Assembly (NCBI GenBank): GCA_964638265.1
Contig: CAZXAI010000001.1
Location: 1-38,511, forward strand
Direction of reading: 5' to 3'
DNA from: an uncultured Zetaproteobacteria bacterium
GTDB lineage: Bacteria; Pseudomonadota; Zetaproteobacteria; Mariprofundales; Mariprofundaceae
DNA: 38,511 bases
Shown here piece after piece: positions 36,862 through 38,511 of the stretch. The notes below the pieces were generated by a model. It saw only the letters and a list, made by a program, of their open reading frames with translations. It made no database searches and was not told the origin of the DNA. The position numbers and the translations under genes were made by a program. Position 1 is the first letter of the stretch, and every line of letters begins with the position of its first letter.

Positions 36862-37110
36862 TGTTGCACAACTGTGGATGCAGCAAGCGGGTATTGCTGT
36901 TGTCCACAGCGCTTGTGGATATCCCTGTGGATGAATGGGTGTGGTGGCTGGGATGGCTTGCTATTGAACGTGTCACAATGCGGTGATTAATAAATAGGCA
37001 ATTTAAATTATCGTTTATAATTAAATGGTTAATGTTGTATGTTGATGTAATTTATTGAGTTAAAGCGGCGTCCTTCATGTGCCTGTTGAGTGGCTGTTGA
37101 CAGTGGATAA
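36862..37110. promoter_or_regulatory. DnaA-box cluster with AT-rich tract and IHF-like site
   Basis: Boxes TGTTGCACA (36862), TGTGGATGC (36873), TTGTCCACA (36900), TGTGGATAT (36914), TGTGGATGA (36926), AGTGGATAA (37102); AT-rich tract about 36986-37064; AATTAAATGGTTA (37019-37031) is 1 mismatch from WATCAANNNNTTR. Confidence 0.7.
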
Positions 37111-37307
37111 GTTTTCGTATCTAGCCCGGTTCAGGGCTTGCTTCGGTGATTCCCGGTGCTTGCATGAACACTGCATGGATTCGCTAACAGTGATGCTATC
37201 ACTGCCTGTATGGGGGATAGCGCGATTGACTTTGTGATCTTCTGATTCAATCATCCGCCGCAAAAAAAAGCTGATCATCTACGGCTTTATATACGGGAAA
37301 TGAAACC

Positions 37308-37883
37308 ATGAGCATTGAAACAGAACTACAGGCGCGCAGTGAATCCAGGTGTGAACTATGTGGCGCTACAGCAGCGCTTGGCGTATATGAGGTGCCATCC
37401 AGTCCCCATGATGGCGTGGATGCATCACTGCTGGCCTGTCAGACCTGTCGCGACCAGATGGAGAACCCGGATGTTGTGGATGCCAACCACTGGCGCTGTC
37501 TGAATGATGCCATGTGGAGCCAGGTGCCTGCCGTGCAGGTGATGGCGTGGCGCATGCTGGATCGCTTGAAAGGCGAAGGCTGGCCGCAGGATTTGCTGGA
37601 TATGATGTATCTGGAGGATGATGTACGGGCCTGGGCCGAAGCCGGCAGTGCCGATGCCGCCGATGCGATTGTGCATCGCGACAGTAACGGGGCTGTGCTC
37701 GAAGCGGGTGATACCGTGACTCTGATCAAGGATCTGAATGTGAAAGGCGGCGGCTTTACTGCCAAGCGCGGCACGGCTGTGCGCGGTATTCGTCTGGTGG
37801 CTGATAATGCCGAACATATCGAAGGGCGCGTCAGCGGCCAGCAGATTGTTATCCTGACCCAGTTTGTGAAGAAATCCAATTAA
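37308..37883 (+). CDS. PhnA/YjdM-domain protein with N-terminal Zn ribbon
   Basis: CELC..CQTC; HWRCLNDAMWS; DSNGAVLEAGDTVTLIKDLNVKG..AKRGT. Confidence 0.88.
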   Translation: MSIETELQARSESRCELCGATAALGVYEVPSSPHDGVDASLLACQTCRDQMENPDVVDANHWRCLNDAMWSQVPAVQVMAWRMLDRLKGEGWPQDLLDMMYLEDDVRAWAEAGSADAADAIVHRDSNGAVLEAGDTVTLIKDLNVKGGGFTAKRGTAVRGIRLVADNAEHIEGRVSGQQIVILTQFVKKSN

Positions 37884-37969
37884 CGCGCATGAATTTTTTC
37901 CACCCCATGCGATGAGATACAGTAGCAAGATAGATTTTCGTATAAATCGGTAACACGTTTATCCTGTCC

Positions 37970-38452
37970 GTGAATATACAAAAATATGATATTTTGAATG
38001 CCATCATAGAACAGTTACAGGCGGATTTATTGATTCTGGAACGCGCGGTTTCGATGGCTCGCGATACAGCCACGCATGCGGATTGTCTGGGCACCAGCAA
38101 ATATGAGACGATGGGGCTGGAGGCTTCCTATCTGGCGCAGGGGCAGGGCGTCCGTCTACTCGAAGTAGAACGTGCGCTTGAATACTTCAGGCGTGTAAGG
38201 ATTGATGAAGCTGCAAGCGTCATCGCTATGTCGGTCTTGATTGCGCTCAGTGATGAGCAGGGCAATCGGCAGTTATTATGGCTTGCCGCCGAGGCGGGCG
38301 GCTTACAGGTTCAGTATGGTGCATTGACGGTCATGGTGATTACCCCCGCATCCCCGTTGGGGCAACAATTGATGGGCAAAGCGGCAGGGGATGAATTTGA
38401 AATCACCCTGGCCGGAACAACGCATTGCTACGCAGTTGTTGCGCTATATTGA
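37970..38452 (+). CDS. GreA/GreB-family (Gre-like) protein
   Basis: N-terminal coiled coil with ATH..KYETMGLEASYLAQGQ; C-terminal VITPASPLGQQLMGK..GD. Confidence 0.8.
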   Translation: MNIQKYDILNAIIEQLQADLLILERAVSMARDTATHADCLGTSKYETMGLEASYLAQGQGVRLLEVERALEYFRRVRIDEAASVIAMSVLIALSDEQGNRQLLWLAAEAGGLQVQYGALTVMVITPASPLGQQLMGKAAGDEFEITLAGTTHCYAVVALY

Positions 38453-38511
38453 TCCCTATCGCACTCCGATCCATATCGTATGCCTGTTACCGGCCTGATT
38501 TTTATGGGCGC

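Noticed and set aside
36862-37110. Calling the DnaA-box cluster oriC
   Set aside because: There are no dnaA/gidA neighbours and no apparent origin-type skew or KOPS polarity switch (judged by eye). It is kept only as an alternative.
1-38511. CRISPR arrays, tRNA/rRNA, riboswitches, IS/integrase or defence genes
   Set aside because: No periodic repeats, cloverleaf motifs or recombinase/transposase motifs were seen by eye; an Rfam scan of the intergenic regions could not be run.

Overview
A ~55% GC, gene-dense chromosomal backbone segment from a proteobacterium. The gene content and style suggest a Mariprofundus-like zetaproteobacterium, but that assignment is an inference. Housekeeping genes include purC, tmk-holB, metG, glgA, pgi, murI, clpS-clpA-trmO, a cbbY-like gene, tatD, Kef-type and YrbG-type antiporters and an ECF sigma/anti-sigma pair. 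I found no rRNA, tRNA, CRISPR array, integrase or transposase. The most interesting items are: (1) a stand-alone motAB stator with a sigma54-type promoter, divergent from a HAMP/pseudo-adenylate-cyclase gene and followed by a FimW-like PilZ protein, forming a candidate surface-sensing module; (2) a DnaA-box triad plus AT-rich/IHF-like tract after tatD that looks like a DARS/datA-type element rather than oriC, because strand skew does not appear to switch there; (3) a barrel-less double-POTRA lipoprotein inserted between holB and metG; (4) an internally collapsed pyrophosphatase gene facing a CHAD gene; (5) twin TolB-like propeller genes behind a perfect CRP-type box; and (6) a PilZ gene at the window edge that the ORF track missed.
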